This document shows positions 30,194 to 40,686 of a DNA stretch of 64,000 bases, in pieces. This stretch comes from Akkermansiaceae bacterium. Its GTDB lineage: Bacteria; Verrucomicrobiota; Verrucomicrobiia; Verrucomicrobiales; Akkermansiaceae. Made by a program: the position numbers and the translations under genes. The notes below the pieces were generated by a model. It was not told the DNA's origin. It searched no databases and was given only the letters and a program-made list of their open reading frames with translations. Where the stretch lies: contig JBPOGF010000011.1 of assembly GCA_051251915.1 (NCBI GenBank), positions 32,001 through 96,000 of the forward strand, read 5' to 3'. How positions within the stretch are numbered: the first letter of the stretch is position 1; each line of letters begins with the position of its first letter.

Positions 30194-31693
30194 ATGATTT
30201 CATCACTCACCAAAGCAACACTTGCCGCTTTCAGCTGCTTAGGATGCTCCAGCATACTCTTCGCTCAGCAAGACGAGGCAGCTCCCATAGCTCCTCCAGT
30301 AGCCAAAGAAGAAATCGCTAAAGAAACACAGCTCAAGGCCATGGCTGGCACCATTTTCTTCTACAATGGTGATTCCATAGCCGGAGAAATCACTGAATGG
30401 ACTAAGGATAGCGTGGCAATCAATAGCCCTGATCTAGTTGATCCGGTTAGCTTCTCAACCGCTAAAATACTCAACATAACACTACAAGACAACAGGAATA
30501 CCGCACTAGAAGTTGATCCTAATGAGGACGAAACCACACTCGTCATCAACAACCGTGACAACCAACTAGGCCTCCACGGAGTCATCAAAGGAGGATTCTC
30601 TAACATTGATGACAAACACGTCACCCTCAGCACAAACTATGCTGGAGAAATCAAAGTACTGAAGAAATTCGTCACTAAAATGGAAATCGACTCGAAAAAA
30701 GGCTTCCTCTATCTAGGACCTAAAAGCCTCGATGAATGGTACAACAATAGCGTCGACCAAACATGGGAATTCACCAACAACTCCCTCATCGGTGGTGAAC
30801 TCGCAGGCAACCTAGGACAAGACGTAGACCTTCCTGATGAAGCATCTATCAGCTTTGACCTCTCATGGAAAAATGATGAATACATCACACTCTATCTCTT
30901 TTCTTCAGACCATGAGCAAAGCACACCAGATGACTTCTACAAGCTAGGTCTCCATCGCGGAAAAATATCGCTATATAAATACAACAACGGCAGACGCCAA
31001 TCTCACATCTCATCAGAGCAACAACAAAAAATTGGCAGACAATTTCGCATCCAGCCAACTCGCACAAATTTAAAAACCAGAGAACGTAACGCACGCTATG
31101 ACATCTACATGAGCAAAACCAAAGGCGAGTTCCATATCTACCGAAATGGCATCAAACTAGATTCATTCACCGACTCCACCCCACTACCAGGTAAATTTGG
31201 CAAAGCACTCCACATCGTAAGTGGTAATAAAACACCAGTACGCCTCAAAAACCTCAGCATCTCTAAATGGAGCGGCCACATCCCAAGTGATGTTGATGCC
31301 GACACTTTCGCCAAAATCAAGGGTGAAGGAGAACGCATTCTCCTCAAGAACGGTGACATCCTACTCGGCAGAATCGGTAAAGTCCGTGACGGCTCAATGC
31401 AGATAGAAACCCTCTACACACCATTGAATATCCCAATCGTCAGAATGCGTTCCGTGGATCTCACAGGCACTAACGGCAAGGAAGAACCCATCATGTATGA
31501 AAACGATATCAAATGCTGGTTCAAAGACACCGGCTGGATCATTCTCAAGCCTATCTCAATCCAAGGAAACACTCTAACTGCTTACCATCAAGCACTTGGT
31601 GAAAATAAATTTGATCTTAATATTTTCAAAAGGATCGATCTTCATATCTATGACAAGGTTGCCAATGCCAACAGAAAATCTGATAGCTGGTAA
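30194..31693 (+). CDS. secreted hypothetical protein, paralog 3 of 3
   Basis: Same architecture; IFFYNGDSIAG, IYRNG, ILLKNGDILLG. Confidence 0.75.
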   Translation: MISSLTKATLAAFSCLGCSSILFAQQDEAAPIAPPVAKEEIAKETQLKAMAGTIFFYNGDSIAGEITEWTKDSVAINSPDLVDPVSFSTAKILNITLQDNRNTALEVDPNEDETTLVINNRDNQLGLHGVIKGGFSNIDDKHVTLSTNYAGEIKVLKKFVTKMEIDSKKGFLYLGPKSLDEWYNNSVDQTWEFTNNSLIGGELAGNLGQDVDLPDEASISFDLSWKNDEYITLYLFSSDHEQSTPDDFYKLGLHRGKISLYKYNNGRRQSHISSEQQQKIGRQFRIQPTRTNLKTRERNARYDIYMSKTKGEFHIYRNGIKLDSFTDSTPLPGKFGKALHIVSGNKTPVRLKNLSISKWSGHIPSDVDADTFAKIKGEGERILLKNGDILLGRIGKVRDGSMQIETLYTPLNIPIVRMRSVDLTGTNGKEEPIMYENDIKCWFKDTGWIILKPISIQGNTLTAYHQALGENKFDLNIFKRIDLHIYDKVANANRKSDSW

Positions 31694-31752
31694 TCACTAA
31701 ATCTTAGTAAAATTCTCTTCACATCTTCTCTTTCTCATTGCAAACTATTTGA

Positions 31753-34026
31753 ATGCAGAACGAGGATAAACCGATTAAAGTAAGCAAACCTAAAGAATGG
31801 GCAGCAGGGAGACCAGCTGTCACATCATCGCTTAAGCAAATCCTCAACACTGCCGGTCCCGTTAGAGGAACCAAAGCGCTACTAGAAATCAACCAGACCG
31901 ATGGCTTTGATTGTCCCAGCTGTGCTTGGCCTGACCCAGATGATCACCGCGCAGTTTCCGAGTTCTGCGAAAACGGAGCTAAAGCAGTTGCCTCAGAAGC
32001 CACCGCAAAAATTGTAGACGAGCGTTTCTTCAGAACTCACTCCATCGACCAACTACAGGCTGAAAGCGACTATTGGCATGACCAACAAGGACGCCTCACA
32101 AGCCCAATGGTCATCAATACTGCCGACGGCGAAACACACTACAAACCCATCTCATGGGACGATGCCTTCACACTCATTGCAGACGAACTCAAGTCACTAG
32201 ACAACCCAGACCAAGCCGCCTTCTACACTTCTGGTAGAGCGAGCAATGAAGCTGCATTCATGTATCAGCTTTTCGTCCGCCTCTTCGGCACTAACAACCT
32301 TCCAGATTGCTCTAACATGTGCCACGAGTCCAGCGGCTCAGGCCTTGGCTCGTCCATCGGCATAGGTAAGGGAACTGTCTCACTTGATGACATCCACCAA
32401 GCAGACACCATCATTATCGCCGGCCAGAACCCTGGCACCAACCACCCTCGGATGCTCGCATCGCTCGAAACATGCGTTGAACAAGGCGGCAAAGTAGTAG
32501 CCGTCAATCCCCTCATCGAAGCCGGCCTTCTCGCTTTCGCTCATCCGCAGAAAGTCTCAGGCATGATGAACCGCGCCACCTCGCTCACATCTCAATATCT
32601 CCAAGTGAAAGTCAATGGCGATATGGCCCTCTTCAGAGGTATTGCCAAATCAATCTTTGCCCGTGAAAAAGAGAATCCAGGCACCGTCATCGATCACGAC
32701 TTCATCTCCGAACACACCGCTGGTCTAGAAGAATATGAGTCCACAGTCATGGCTTCTTCATGGGAGAAAATCATCGCAGACTCAGGCCTCACCCGTGAAG
32801 ACATTGAGACCCTCACTGACACCATTCTAGACAAAGACAAAAAGCTCATCACCTGCTGGGCAATGGGCATAACTCAACACAAAAACGCGGTCGACATCAT
32901 ACGAGAAATCGTCAACGTCCACCTCCTCATCGGCGCCATAGGTCGCCCCGGTGCTGGCCTCTGCCCAGTCCGCGGTCACTCCAATGTCCAAGGAGACCGC
33001 ACCATGGGGATTTTCGAGAAGCTCCCAGAGTGGTTCCACCAATCACTCGAACACCACTTCAAATTCAAATCCCCACGCAAGCACGGATACGATGTCGTAG
33101 AAGCCATCCACGCTATGCATCAAGGAGACGTAAAAGCATTCATCGCGCTCGGTGGAAATTTCCTCCAAGCCGCACCCGACACCAACTACACAGAAGAAGC
33201 CCTTCGCAAGACCAACCTCACCTGCCACATCGCAACGAAGCTAAACCGCTCCCACCTAGTCACCGGAAAAATCGGCCTCATCCTCCCTTGCCTGGGCCGC
33301 TCAGACCGCGACACTCAGGAAGCCGGAGATCAGTTCGTCACCTGTGAGAACTCCATGGGCATCGTCCACAGCTCCAAAGGAAAACTTACCCCTAACTCCA
33401 CCCTTATGCACTCCGAGCCAATGATTATTGCTCGCATGGCTGATGCAACAATCGGTGATACAGACACCGTCAAATGGCTCTGGATGGTAGAGGACTACAG
33501 CCGCATCCGCAACCACATCGAAGCAGTCGTCCCAGGGTTCGATAACTTCAACGTCCGAGTCAGCAAACCAGGCGGATTCTATCTTCCTAATGCTCCCAAA
33601 GAACGCATCTGGAATACCGAAAACAAAAAGGCAAACTTCAGCGACGCACAACTCACTATTTTCCAACCAGCAGAAGGTAGACTCGCTCTCCAAACTCTAC
33701 GTAGCCACGATCAATACAACACCACCATATACGGACTAGATGACCGCTACCGTGGAATTGCCAACAACCGTATGATCATCTTCCTCAACCCAGAGGACAT
33801 GAAAGACCGTAGTATCAAGCCACTCCAACCACTACGCATCACCAGCTACTGGAAAGACGGAGAACGCCACGCTGAAGGATTCAAAGCCATTCCCTACGAC
33901 ATGCCTCGTGGAGCTGCAGCAGCCTACTTCCCAGAAGCAAACGTTCTCGTTCCTATCGATAGCACCGCAGATATTTCAAATACCCCTACAAGCAAAGGCA
34001 TTGAAATTTCACTCACCGGAATCTAA
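31753..34026 (+). CDS. FdhF/YdeP family molybdopterin oxidoreductase
   Basis: GFDCPSCAWPD, EFCENGAKA, YTSGRASNE, NLPDCSNMCHE, RGHSNVQGDRT, TLRSHDQYNTTIYG. Confidence 0.95.
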   Translation: MQNEDKPIKVSKPKEWAAGRPAVTSSLKQILNTAGPVRGTKALLEINQTDGFDCPSCAWPDPDDHRAVSEFCENGAKAVASEATAKIVDERFFRTHSIDQLQAESDYWHDQQGRLTSPMVINTADGETHYKPISWDDAFTLIADELKSLDNPDQAAFYTSGRASNEAAFMYQLFVRLFGTNNLPDCSNMCHESSGSGLGSSIGIGKGTVSLDDIHQADTIIIAGQNPGTNHPRMLASLETCVEQGGKVVAVNPLIEAGLLAFAHPQKVSGMMNRATSLTSQYLQVKVNGDMALFRGIAKSIFAREKENPGTVIDHDFISEHTAGLEEYESTVMASSWEKIIADSGLTREDIETLTDTILDKDKKLITCWAMGITQHKNAVDIIREIVNVHLLIGAIGRPGAGLCPVRGHSNVQGDRTMGIFEKLPEWFHQSLEHHFKFKSPRKHGYDVVEAIHAMHQGDVKAFIALGGNFLQAAPDTNYTEEALRKTNLTCHIATKLNRSHLVTGKIGLILPCLGRSDRDTQEAGDQFVTCENSMGIVHSSKGKLTPNSTLMHSEPMIIARMADATIGDTDTVKWLWMVEDYSRIRNHIEAVVPGFDNFNVRVSKPGGFYLPNAPKERIWNTENKKANFSDAQLTIFQPAEGRLALQTLRSHDQYNTTIYGLDDRYRGIANNRMIIFLNPEDMKDRSIKPLQPLRITSYWKDGERHAEGFKAIPYDMPRGAAAAYFPEANVLVPIDSTADISNTPTSKGIEISLTGI

Positions 34027-34049
34027 CACTCTACAGAAAACAACAAGAA

Positions 34050-34685
34050 ATGTTATCCGTCATCATCGTAGCCGCGGGCAACAGCCGGCGCATGGGATTT
34101 GATAAACTCATGGCTCCCCTCCACGGAAAACCCGTGCTAGCCCACTCCCTGAAAACATTTCTTGAGTCACCTGACGTTACCGAAGTCATCCTCGTCTCCA
34201 CCTCTGACCGGCTCAATGAACTAGCCATCAGCAACGACAAACTAAAACTTACCTCTGGTGGACAAAACAGACACGACTCCGTATCCAACGGCATTGCCGC
34301 CGTCTCAGCCGACGCTAAATTCATCGCCGTTCACGATGGAGCTCGGCCCTTCATCACCCAGGAGCAAATCCACCGCACCCTAGAAGCTGCCCAGCAGCAC
34401 GGAGCCGCAGCCTCTGCCACACGCATCACCGACACAGTCAAACGTTCCAACTCAGAAAATTTCGCCACAGAGTCCATCTCCCGCGACAATCTCTGGGCCA
34501 TGGAAACTCCCCAGATTTTCAATGCAGAGCTCCTCAAAAAAGCTTACCACCACGTAGAAACATCCGGCACCCTCGTTACCGACGAAGTCTCCGCCCTAGA
34601 ACTCATCGGCACTCCCACCTACTTAGTGGAAAACCCTACCCCCAATACCAAAATAACTTACCCCAAGGATCTTGATTTCGTGTAA
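34050..34685 (+). CDS. ispD: 2-C-methyl-D-erythritol 4-phosphate cytidylyltransferase
   Basis: AAGNSRRMG, RHDSV, VHDGARP, ETPQ, KITYPKDL. Confidence 0.95.
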   Translation: MLSVIIVAAGNSRRMGFDKLMAPLHGKPVLAHSLKTFLESPDVTEVILVSTSDRLNELAISNDKLKLTSGGQNRHDSVSNGIAAVSADAKFIAVHDGARPFITQEQIHRTLEAAQQHGAAASATRITDTVKRSNSENFATESISRDNLWAMETPQIFNAELLKKAYHHVETSGTLVTDEVSALELIGTPTYLVENPTPNTKITYPKDLDFV

Positions 34686-34722
34686 GCTTGTCATTCACAC
34701 TATTCTGTGTTAAATAGCACCT

Positions 34723-35244
34723 ATGCTTCGCATCACATTCATCGCCGGTTATGCAGTCCTCCTACTAGGCCTCATCGCCATTATCGCGCTCAAAGTCATC
34801 GCTCTCGGACAAAATGCATCCTGGGGTGAAAGCCCACTAGTGGATCATTCCCGCACCATCGATGCTTGGCTTTTTGACCCCAGCCGTCGCGTCATCCTCA
34901 TTGCCTCTGTCCTAGGCTTCATCGCCATATGGATCGCCCTCCTCAAAAACGTCGCCAAAAAATCACCAGAATGGGAAAAATCTTGGGTTAAAACACTCAT
35001 CGTAGGATGCTCCATCATGATGGCATTCTTCTTCATCCTCGCTGCCGTAGGCATGACAGCCCACTACTCCAGTGGCCTCGTCCAAGAAACAGCCGCCAAG
35101 ATAGGCGGCCTAATGAGTTCGCCCGTAGTTATGGAGCTCAGCTTCTTCTTCATCGGCCTCATACTCCTCACTTCCTACAACATCTACAGAAGAAAGGCAG
35201 ACGGCGACGACTTCGTAGAAATGGAAATTAAAGACGAGCAATAA
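34723..35244 (+). CDS. hypothetical membrane protein (about 4 TM)
   Basis: Four hydrophobic stretches. Confidence 0.7.
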   Translation: MLRITFIAGYAVLLLGLIAIIALKVIALGQNASWGESPLVDHSRTIDAWLFDPSRRVILIASVLGFIAIWIALLKNVAKKSPEWEKSWVKTLIVGCSIMMAFFFILAAVGMTAHYSSGLVQETAAKIGGLMSSPVVMELSFFFIGLILLTSYNIYRRKADGDDFVEMEIKDEQ

Positions 35245-35285
35245 GCAGCATTTTCACACTGCTCATTACTCGTAAAATTTACCTA

Positions 35286-36101
35286 CTACTTGATGATCAG
35301 ATCTGCATCAGGAATAGAGAGATCCACACTACCACGTGGTAGAAACTTCACATCAGAAACTTCAGTGAAGCGCATCTGACCAGTTATCTTTCCATCTTCC
35401 ATAAAGAATGTACGGTGACCAGACGCTAACTTGATACCACTAACATCCACCAAATTATCCAAGCTAATAAACTTAGCTGGTCCAGGACCATTAGGTGCCA
35501 CCAGCTTACTAGTAACTGTATAATAAGCTCCCTTCGTCAACTTCGTCTCAGGATCGATCAAGAGCACATAATAATCATCTGGAGAATCACCAGCATCGTC
35601 ATCATAAGTAATCTTTACCTGTGTGTAATCTTTCCCTTCAAAATGCATCGTCTCAGACAGCAAGTCAAAGTTCGCGCTCTCATCATTAAAGATAAACGGA
35701 ATTCCCAAAAAGTAATAAGGAGTCAGTGACCAAAATCTAACAGGAGGCATAAACTCAGCGCCCTTTGGACTGATCCATGCTTCTCCCCCATTCATGCCAA
35801 ACTTGACATCCTTCCCAGTAACCTCATGCACCACAGCCAATGAAGACGTGTCTACCACCTGAGTTGTATCCACGATCGCCTCAGGCCCCTTATCTGACAT
35901 ATGATATTTCCAGCGGAACTGGATCAATCCATTACTATACCATTTTTCAGCACCTCCATGTGCCTCAATCGAGTCTTTTACAAGCTGTTGACCTTCATTA
36001 ATAGAAACTTCAACCTCTGCTGGACTACCTGCTTTTTCTGAGCAACTCACGGAAAGCAAGCTAAGTGAACTTGCCGTCAGTAATGTTATTATTTTTTTCA
36101 T
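35286..36101 (-). CDS. hypothetical lipoprotein (DUF6503-like)
   Basis: Lipobox SVSC; SIEAHGG, YYFLGIPF, GDSPDDYY. Confidence 0.7.
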   Translation of the reverse strand: MKKIITLLTASSLSLLSVSCSEKAGSPAEVEVSINEGQQLVKDSIEAHGGAEKWYSNGLIQFRWKYHMSDKGPEAIVDTTQVVDTSSLAVVHEVTGKDVKFGMNGGEAWISPKGAEFMPPVRFWSLTPYYFLGIPFIFNDESANFDLLSETMHFEGKDYTQVKITYDDDAGDSPDDYYVLLIDPETKLTKGAYYTVTSKLVAPNGPGPAKFISLDNLVDVSGIKLASGHRTFFMEDGKITGQMRFTEVSDVKFLPRGSVDLSIPDADLIIK

Positions 36102-36168
36102 CTGATTATATTATTTGTTTTATGTATGATTTATAACTGCCTAATTTATTTGCCACAATATGTGCCAA

Positions 36169-37053
36169 CTATTCTAAGCCTAATTTTTTACGTAATTTTT
36201 TACCGCTTTTTTCATCGTTGTAATTCCAGTAATCCACATTTTCAATGCGTTTTTTAAGCTTACCAGAACTCAACAATCCTTTCTCACCCTCCTCACTCCA
36301 ACCTAAGATTGAGTACGGTGACCCATTAGAGATCTCAATCGCTAGTTTTCTTCCCGATTTTTTGTAGAAAATTTCATACACGAGAGAATCCTTACTCCCA
36401 CCAGCTCTCCACTGAGTTACCACCGGCGCCGCTATAGGCTTAAAATGCCCAAACCGAGAAGCCAAACTTCCCTGAATCATCTCCGTCTGCCCCACAGGAA
36501 GTTGACCGGGATTAATGCGCAACATAGTCCAGACCTCATCCTCCAAAAGCACAGAAGACTTCTCTTCATAGCTATTTCCCTCTTCATTCTCAAAATAAGA
36601 TCTCACTTCAGTCTTCGTCACGCCATCTCGGCGGTTTGCCTGCATGTATACATGCCCACACCACTCCTGAACAGATGTAGTCACCTTCAGTGCCTTATTA
36701 TCAGCCTTGTCTACAAGAGGATGAAACACCGACATCAGAGTTCGATAAGGATACACACCAGTCTTAAAATCTCTAGTCGCATTTAATTTCAAAACCTGGA
36801 ATTCACCACTTCCTGACTCATCCTTCACTTGCCTATCCTTCAAAAAAGGTTCCCTCACATAAATAAGCACAGCCTCACCATCGATAATATTTCCATACCT
36901 CTCCTGCTTCAACTCATACACACTTATCTCAGCAGCCCCAGACCAAGCCTTCTCTACTTCACCCCAACTAGCCTCCTCAAGCTTCACAACCTCCTGCTGA
37001 CAGGATGCCAAACAAGCTAACGCCAACGAGAGTATAGGAATAATCATTTTCAT
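36169..37053 (-). CDS. conserved hypothetical lipoprotein
   Basis: Lipobox LASC; AEISVYELKQERYG, VLKLN, TGVYPY, QEWCG, RSYFE; ORF could extend to 37074. Confidence 0.7.
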   Translation of the reverse strand: MKMIIPILSLALACLASCQQEVVKLEEASWGEVEKAWSGAAEISVYELKQERYGNIIDGEAVLIYVREPFLKDRQVKDESGSGEFQVLKLNATRDFKTGVYPYRTLMSVFHPLVDKADNKALKVTTSVQEWCGHVYMQANRRDGVTKTEVRSYFENEEGNSYEEKSSVLLEDEVWTMLRINPGQLPVGQTEMIQGSLASRFGHFKPIAAPVVTQWRAGGSKDSLVYEIFYKKSGRKLAIEISNGSPYSILGWSEEGEKGLLSSGKLKKRIENVDYWNYNDEKSGKKLRKKLGLE

Positions 37054-37134
37054 AATTTCTAAGATAGACCACATTCTCCCAAAGAAAAGTGATAATCTTT
37101 AGTCATCTCACTTCATCAGCAAGCACCTCATTTA

Positions 37135-38424
37135 TTACTCCTCCCCTTCATCCACCATACAAGGCACTAAAATCCCGTCTCTCATGCCGTGGATTTTCTT
37201 TTTATCCGCAGGCACTATGGTCGCCATAGTCCCACCCATCTTAGTTCTGCCTTTGGAGTCGATGAAGTAATACGGACACAACCTCACTCTTCCTTTCATA
37301 ATCTTAACCACACCAGTCTCATCATCAAAATAAGGATGCTCCACCACTCTCCCCGGCTCATAATGCTGCATCATCCATGGCTGAGTCGTGAAATCATTAA
37401 CCGCGTTCTTGATAGCACTACTCCAGTCCTCACCGGAAAGGTCATGACCAATAGTCACACTCTTTGAACCCCAAGCCAGTTCATTAAATCCACTAATCTT
37501 AGCCACTAATCGGCGATCTTTCTGGCTAAACTCCCCCACTTCATCCCAACTATTCACCCCTAATCTCGGTAGTGCAGCATGTGGCGGAAGTGGTGCTGGA
37601 TCCATTACCCAACCAAACGGCACAACATCACGAACACGTTTAAGGTGACTACCTCGCATCTCCTTTTCCCAGAGATTCTTGAGCGCAGGAGACCACAATA
37701 ATGCCAACCAAAGCTTTTCCTCTAAGTGAGGTTTACACGGTGATGTCAGATTTTTTCTATGAGCTAGTTCTTTAGCTTGTGGAATATTCTGCCAGTCGAA
37801 CCACTCAAAAAATCGATAACGATCAGCATCATCCCCAGCTTCGTCAGACTCAGCCTCCATCACTTCATAACCCTCACCTAGCTGCTCCGCCAACCAGCTC
37901 ATCTCGGGCATATAATCAGCAGATTCCTCACTAACCAAAACCTTACCCCCATCAGGCATCAGACTCTTAAACCCTTCAGCTATACCATTAGCCCCACCAA
38001 AAATCTCAAACCCATGATCCGCATAAACTTGGCTCAACCAAGTCGCTATCCCCATACCACCCGGAACACTATCAAGCTCTGTTAGAGCATAACCAGCAGT
38101 AGTCTCCCTATCTGTAAGTATCAAATCTGGACGTATCACCCGCGGAAGCACATCCCTCATCTCCACACTACGCTGGGTATCCACCATCCAACCAGGCTTA
38201 CCAGTATCTAACAATTTAGCAATCCACTCAGGCAACCTCCCCAAAGCCGAACGTTGATAAATATTTTCACTCGCCTTCTGAAACATCGCCAACGAGTGAC
38301 CGAGGCTCTCTATCTCTCTCGCTTCTTTCTTAGAAATCTTAAATGGCTCAGGCGAGAACAACCACTGCGCACCATGACGCAGTTTAGACTCAGGAAGAGC
38401 TGATTTTATTTCTGTGAGAGTCAT
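37135..38424 (-). CDS. putative circularly permuted ATP-grasp ligase
   Basis: RPDLIL, TELDSVPGG, EEKLWLALL, VAKISG...WGSKSVTIG, WMMQHY. Confidence 0.6.
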   Translation of the reverse strand: MTLTEIKSALPESKLRHGAQWLFSPEPFKISKKEAREIESLGHSLAMFQKASENIYQRSALGRLPEWIAKLLDTGKPGWMVDTQRSVEMRDVLPRVIRPDLILTDRETTAGYALTELDSVPGGMGIATWLSQVYADHGFEIFGGANGIAEGFKSLMPDGGKVLVSEESADYMPEMSWLAEQLGEGYEVMEAESDEAGDDADRYRFFEWFDWQNIPQAKELAHRKNLTSPCKPHLEEKLWLALLWSPALKNLWEKEMRGSHLKRVRDVVPFGWVMDPAPLPPHAALPRLGVNSWDEVGEFSQKDRRLVAKISGFNELAWGSKSVTIGHDLSGEDWSSAIKNAVNDFTTQPWMMQHYEPGRVVEHPYFDDETGVVKIMKGRVRLCPYYFIDSKGRTKMGGTMATIVPADKKKIHGMRDGILVPCMVDEGEE

Positions 38425-38446
38425 AGAGGTAAGTTTTTAATCTTCG

Positions 38447-39022
38447 CTATTTTTTCCCCGCAAGATCCATGAAATTCTTCAGCATCTCTTTCCCATGTTC
38501 GGTAAGTATGCTCTCAGGGTGAAACTGCACACCGTGGACTTCCATCTCCTTATGCTTTAAGCCCATGATCACTCCATCCTCAGTCTCAGCAGTAATTTCT
38601 AAACAATCAGGTAAACTGTCCCTCTGAACAATCAATGAGTGATAGCGCGTTGCTGTAAATGAATCCGGAAGCCCTTTAAACACACTCTTTCCACCATGCT
38701 TAATAACAGAAGTCTTACCGTGCATCAGCTCAGCCGCCCTTATCACATCACCACCAAACACCTGGCCTATGCTCTGATGCCCGAGACAAACCCCCAAAAT
38801 AGGAATCTTACCACCAAATGCCTTAATCACATCACAGCTAATCCCTGCCTCTGTAGGCGTACACGGCCCTGGTGAAATACAGATTAGATCAGGTGCCAAT
38901 TCTGCAATTTCCTCAATAGTGATTTTATCATTTCTCACCACCTTCATCTCTGCTCCTAGCTCGCCAAAATACTGCACGAGGTTGTAGGTAAAGGAGTCGT
39001 AATTATCGATTACTAATAACAT
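38447..39022 (-). CDS. trpG: anthranilate/aminodeoxychorismate synthase component II
   Basis: [32 protein letters not shown]. Confidence 0.93.
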   Translation of the reverse strand: MLLVIDNYDSFTYNLVQYFGELGAEMKVVRNDKITIEEIAELAPDLICISPGPCTPTEAGISCDVIKAFGGKIPILGVCLGHQSIGQVFGGDVIRAAELMHGKTSVIKHGGKSVFKGLPDSFTATRYHSLIVQRDSLPDCLEITAETEDGVIMGLKHKEMEVHGVQFHPESILTEHGKEMLKNFMDLAGKK

Positions 39023-39026
39023 GCTC

Positions 39027-40580
39027 TTATAGATCTGTTGAATGTTCTGCTAAAGTTCTGGCGAGGCCAACCGCTCGGATCATCCCCATCGCCTTGTTGC
39101 GAGTTTCCTCATACTCGTAAGTGGGATCACTATCTGCGACAACCCCCGCACCTGCCTGCACGTAAGCTTTTCCGTTTTTGAGAAGACATGTTCTGAGGGT
39201 AATACAGGAATCATGACCACCATCCCAGCCAAAATACCCAACCGCTCCACTATAGGAACATCGCTTGTTTTTCTCCAGCTCATTGATGATCTGCATCGCA
39301 CGGATCTTCGGTGCACCACTGACAGTCCCAGCAGGGAACGTAGACCTCAGCGCATCATAAGCACTAAACTTCTCGTCAAGCCGCCCACTTACATTAGAAA
39401 CAATATGCATCACATGACTATAGCGCTCTACAATCATAAAGTCATCCACTGATACACTCGCGTGCTCAGCTATCCGACCAACATCATTTCGAGCCAAATC
39501 CACCAGCATCAAATGCTCCGCACACTCTTTCTCATCCGCTAGTAGATCCGCAGCTAAAGCATCATCTTCCTCCTGAGTTTTCCCTCTCCAGCGAGTTCCA
39601 GCTATCGGTCGAATGTCAAGCTTACCATCAATGGCTCGCACATGAACCTCCGGTGAACTCCCCACTAAAGAAAAGTCCTCGAACTGCAAAATAAACATAT
39701 ACGGCGAAGGATTCACATGGCGAAGTGCCCGATAAAGTTCCACCGGCTCACCAGTAAACTCAGTCTCAAACCTCTGACTCGGCACCACCTGGAAAACATC
39801 ACCTGAAGAAATATATTCCTTAGCCTTCAGCACCATCCCTTCATATTCCTCTTGAGTCGTATTACTGGTTGGCTCTGGAACTTCATAATCCGCTAGACCA
39901 TTGAGCGGCGCAATATGTAGCGGAACATCTAGCTGTGAAATCATATCCTCCACCCGAGAAATTGCCTCCTCATAAGCTTCCTCAAGATCATTCTCAACCT
40001 CATCCAAAAATGCATTCGCCACCACGAGCAAACGACGCAACTTATGATCAAAAATCAACAACGTATCAGCGATCATAAACACCGCATCAGGTAAGCCCAG
40101 GTCATCCTCAGGCGAGGTCACGATAGAAGGCTCAAACTGCTTCACCGCATCATACGATAGATAGCCCACAGCTCCACCATAAAACGGAGGAGCATCACCA
40201 TGAGTCACCGGCTTATACTGCGCCATCAAGGACTCTAGCTCGCTCAAAACATCATTTTCACTATCCGCAGTCCACTTACAAGTCTCTCCATTCTCCGTTA
40301 GGGAAATATCCTTCCCATAAGCCACAAACCGTGCACGTGGATCAGTCCCCATGATGGAATACCGACCACTAGCATCAGTACTCTCAGCACTTTCAAATAA
40401 AAACGCCCCATCCTTCTGAGCTATCTTCATAAATGCCGAGAGCGGCGTTTCAAAATCTGCTGCCAACTGCGCATACACAGGCACAACATTCCCCAGCTTC
40501 GCTAATTCGCGAAACTCCTCTAGACTTGGTTTTACAGGTTCCCTGCTCACGTGCACAGAATGCGACCGTATCTGAAACAA
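39027..40580 (-). CDS. trpE: anthranilate synthase component I
   Basis: [45 protein letters not shown]. Confidence 0.95.
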   Translation of the reverse strand: MFQIRSHSVHVSREPVKPSLEEFRELAKLGNVVPVYAQLAADFETPLSAFMKIAQKDGAFLFESAESTDASGRYSIMGTDPRARFVAYGKDISLTENGETCKWTADSENDVLSELESLMAQYKPVTHGDAPPFYGGAVGYLSYDAVKQFEPSIVTSPEDDLGLPDAVFMIADTLLIFDHKLRRLLVVANAFLDEVENDLEEAYEEAISRVEDMISQLDVPLHIAPLNGLADYEVPEPTSNTTQEEYEGMVLKAKEYISSGDVFQVVPSQRFETEFTGEPVELYRALRHVNPSPYMFILQFEDFSLVGSSPEVHVRAIDGKLDIRPIAGTRWRGKTQEEDDALAADLLADEKECAEHLMLVDLARNDVGRIAEHASVSVDDFMIVERYSHVMHIVSNVSGRLDEKFSAYDALRSTFPAGTVSGAPKIRAMQIINELEKNKRCSYSGAVGYFGWDGGHDSCITLRTCLLKNGKAYVQAGAGVVADSDPTYEYEETRNKAMGMIRAVGLARTLAEHSTDL

Positions 40581-40686
40581 TCAAGTTCAAACCCTAACAA
40601 ACCGTAATTTTCTTAATGCTGTGCTTGCCACAACGCTTATCCATGTGTATGGAAAACGCGCCCATGAACTGATCGGGCACAAAGCT

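Noticed and set aside
31753..34026. Possible selenocysteine formate dehydrogenase
   Set aside because: No in-frame TGA; Cys-containing YdeP-type motifs; no partner subunits adjacent
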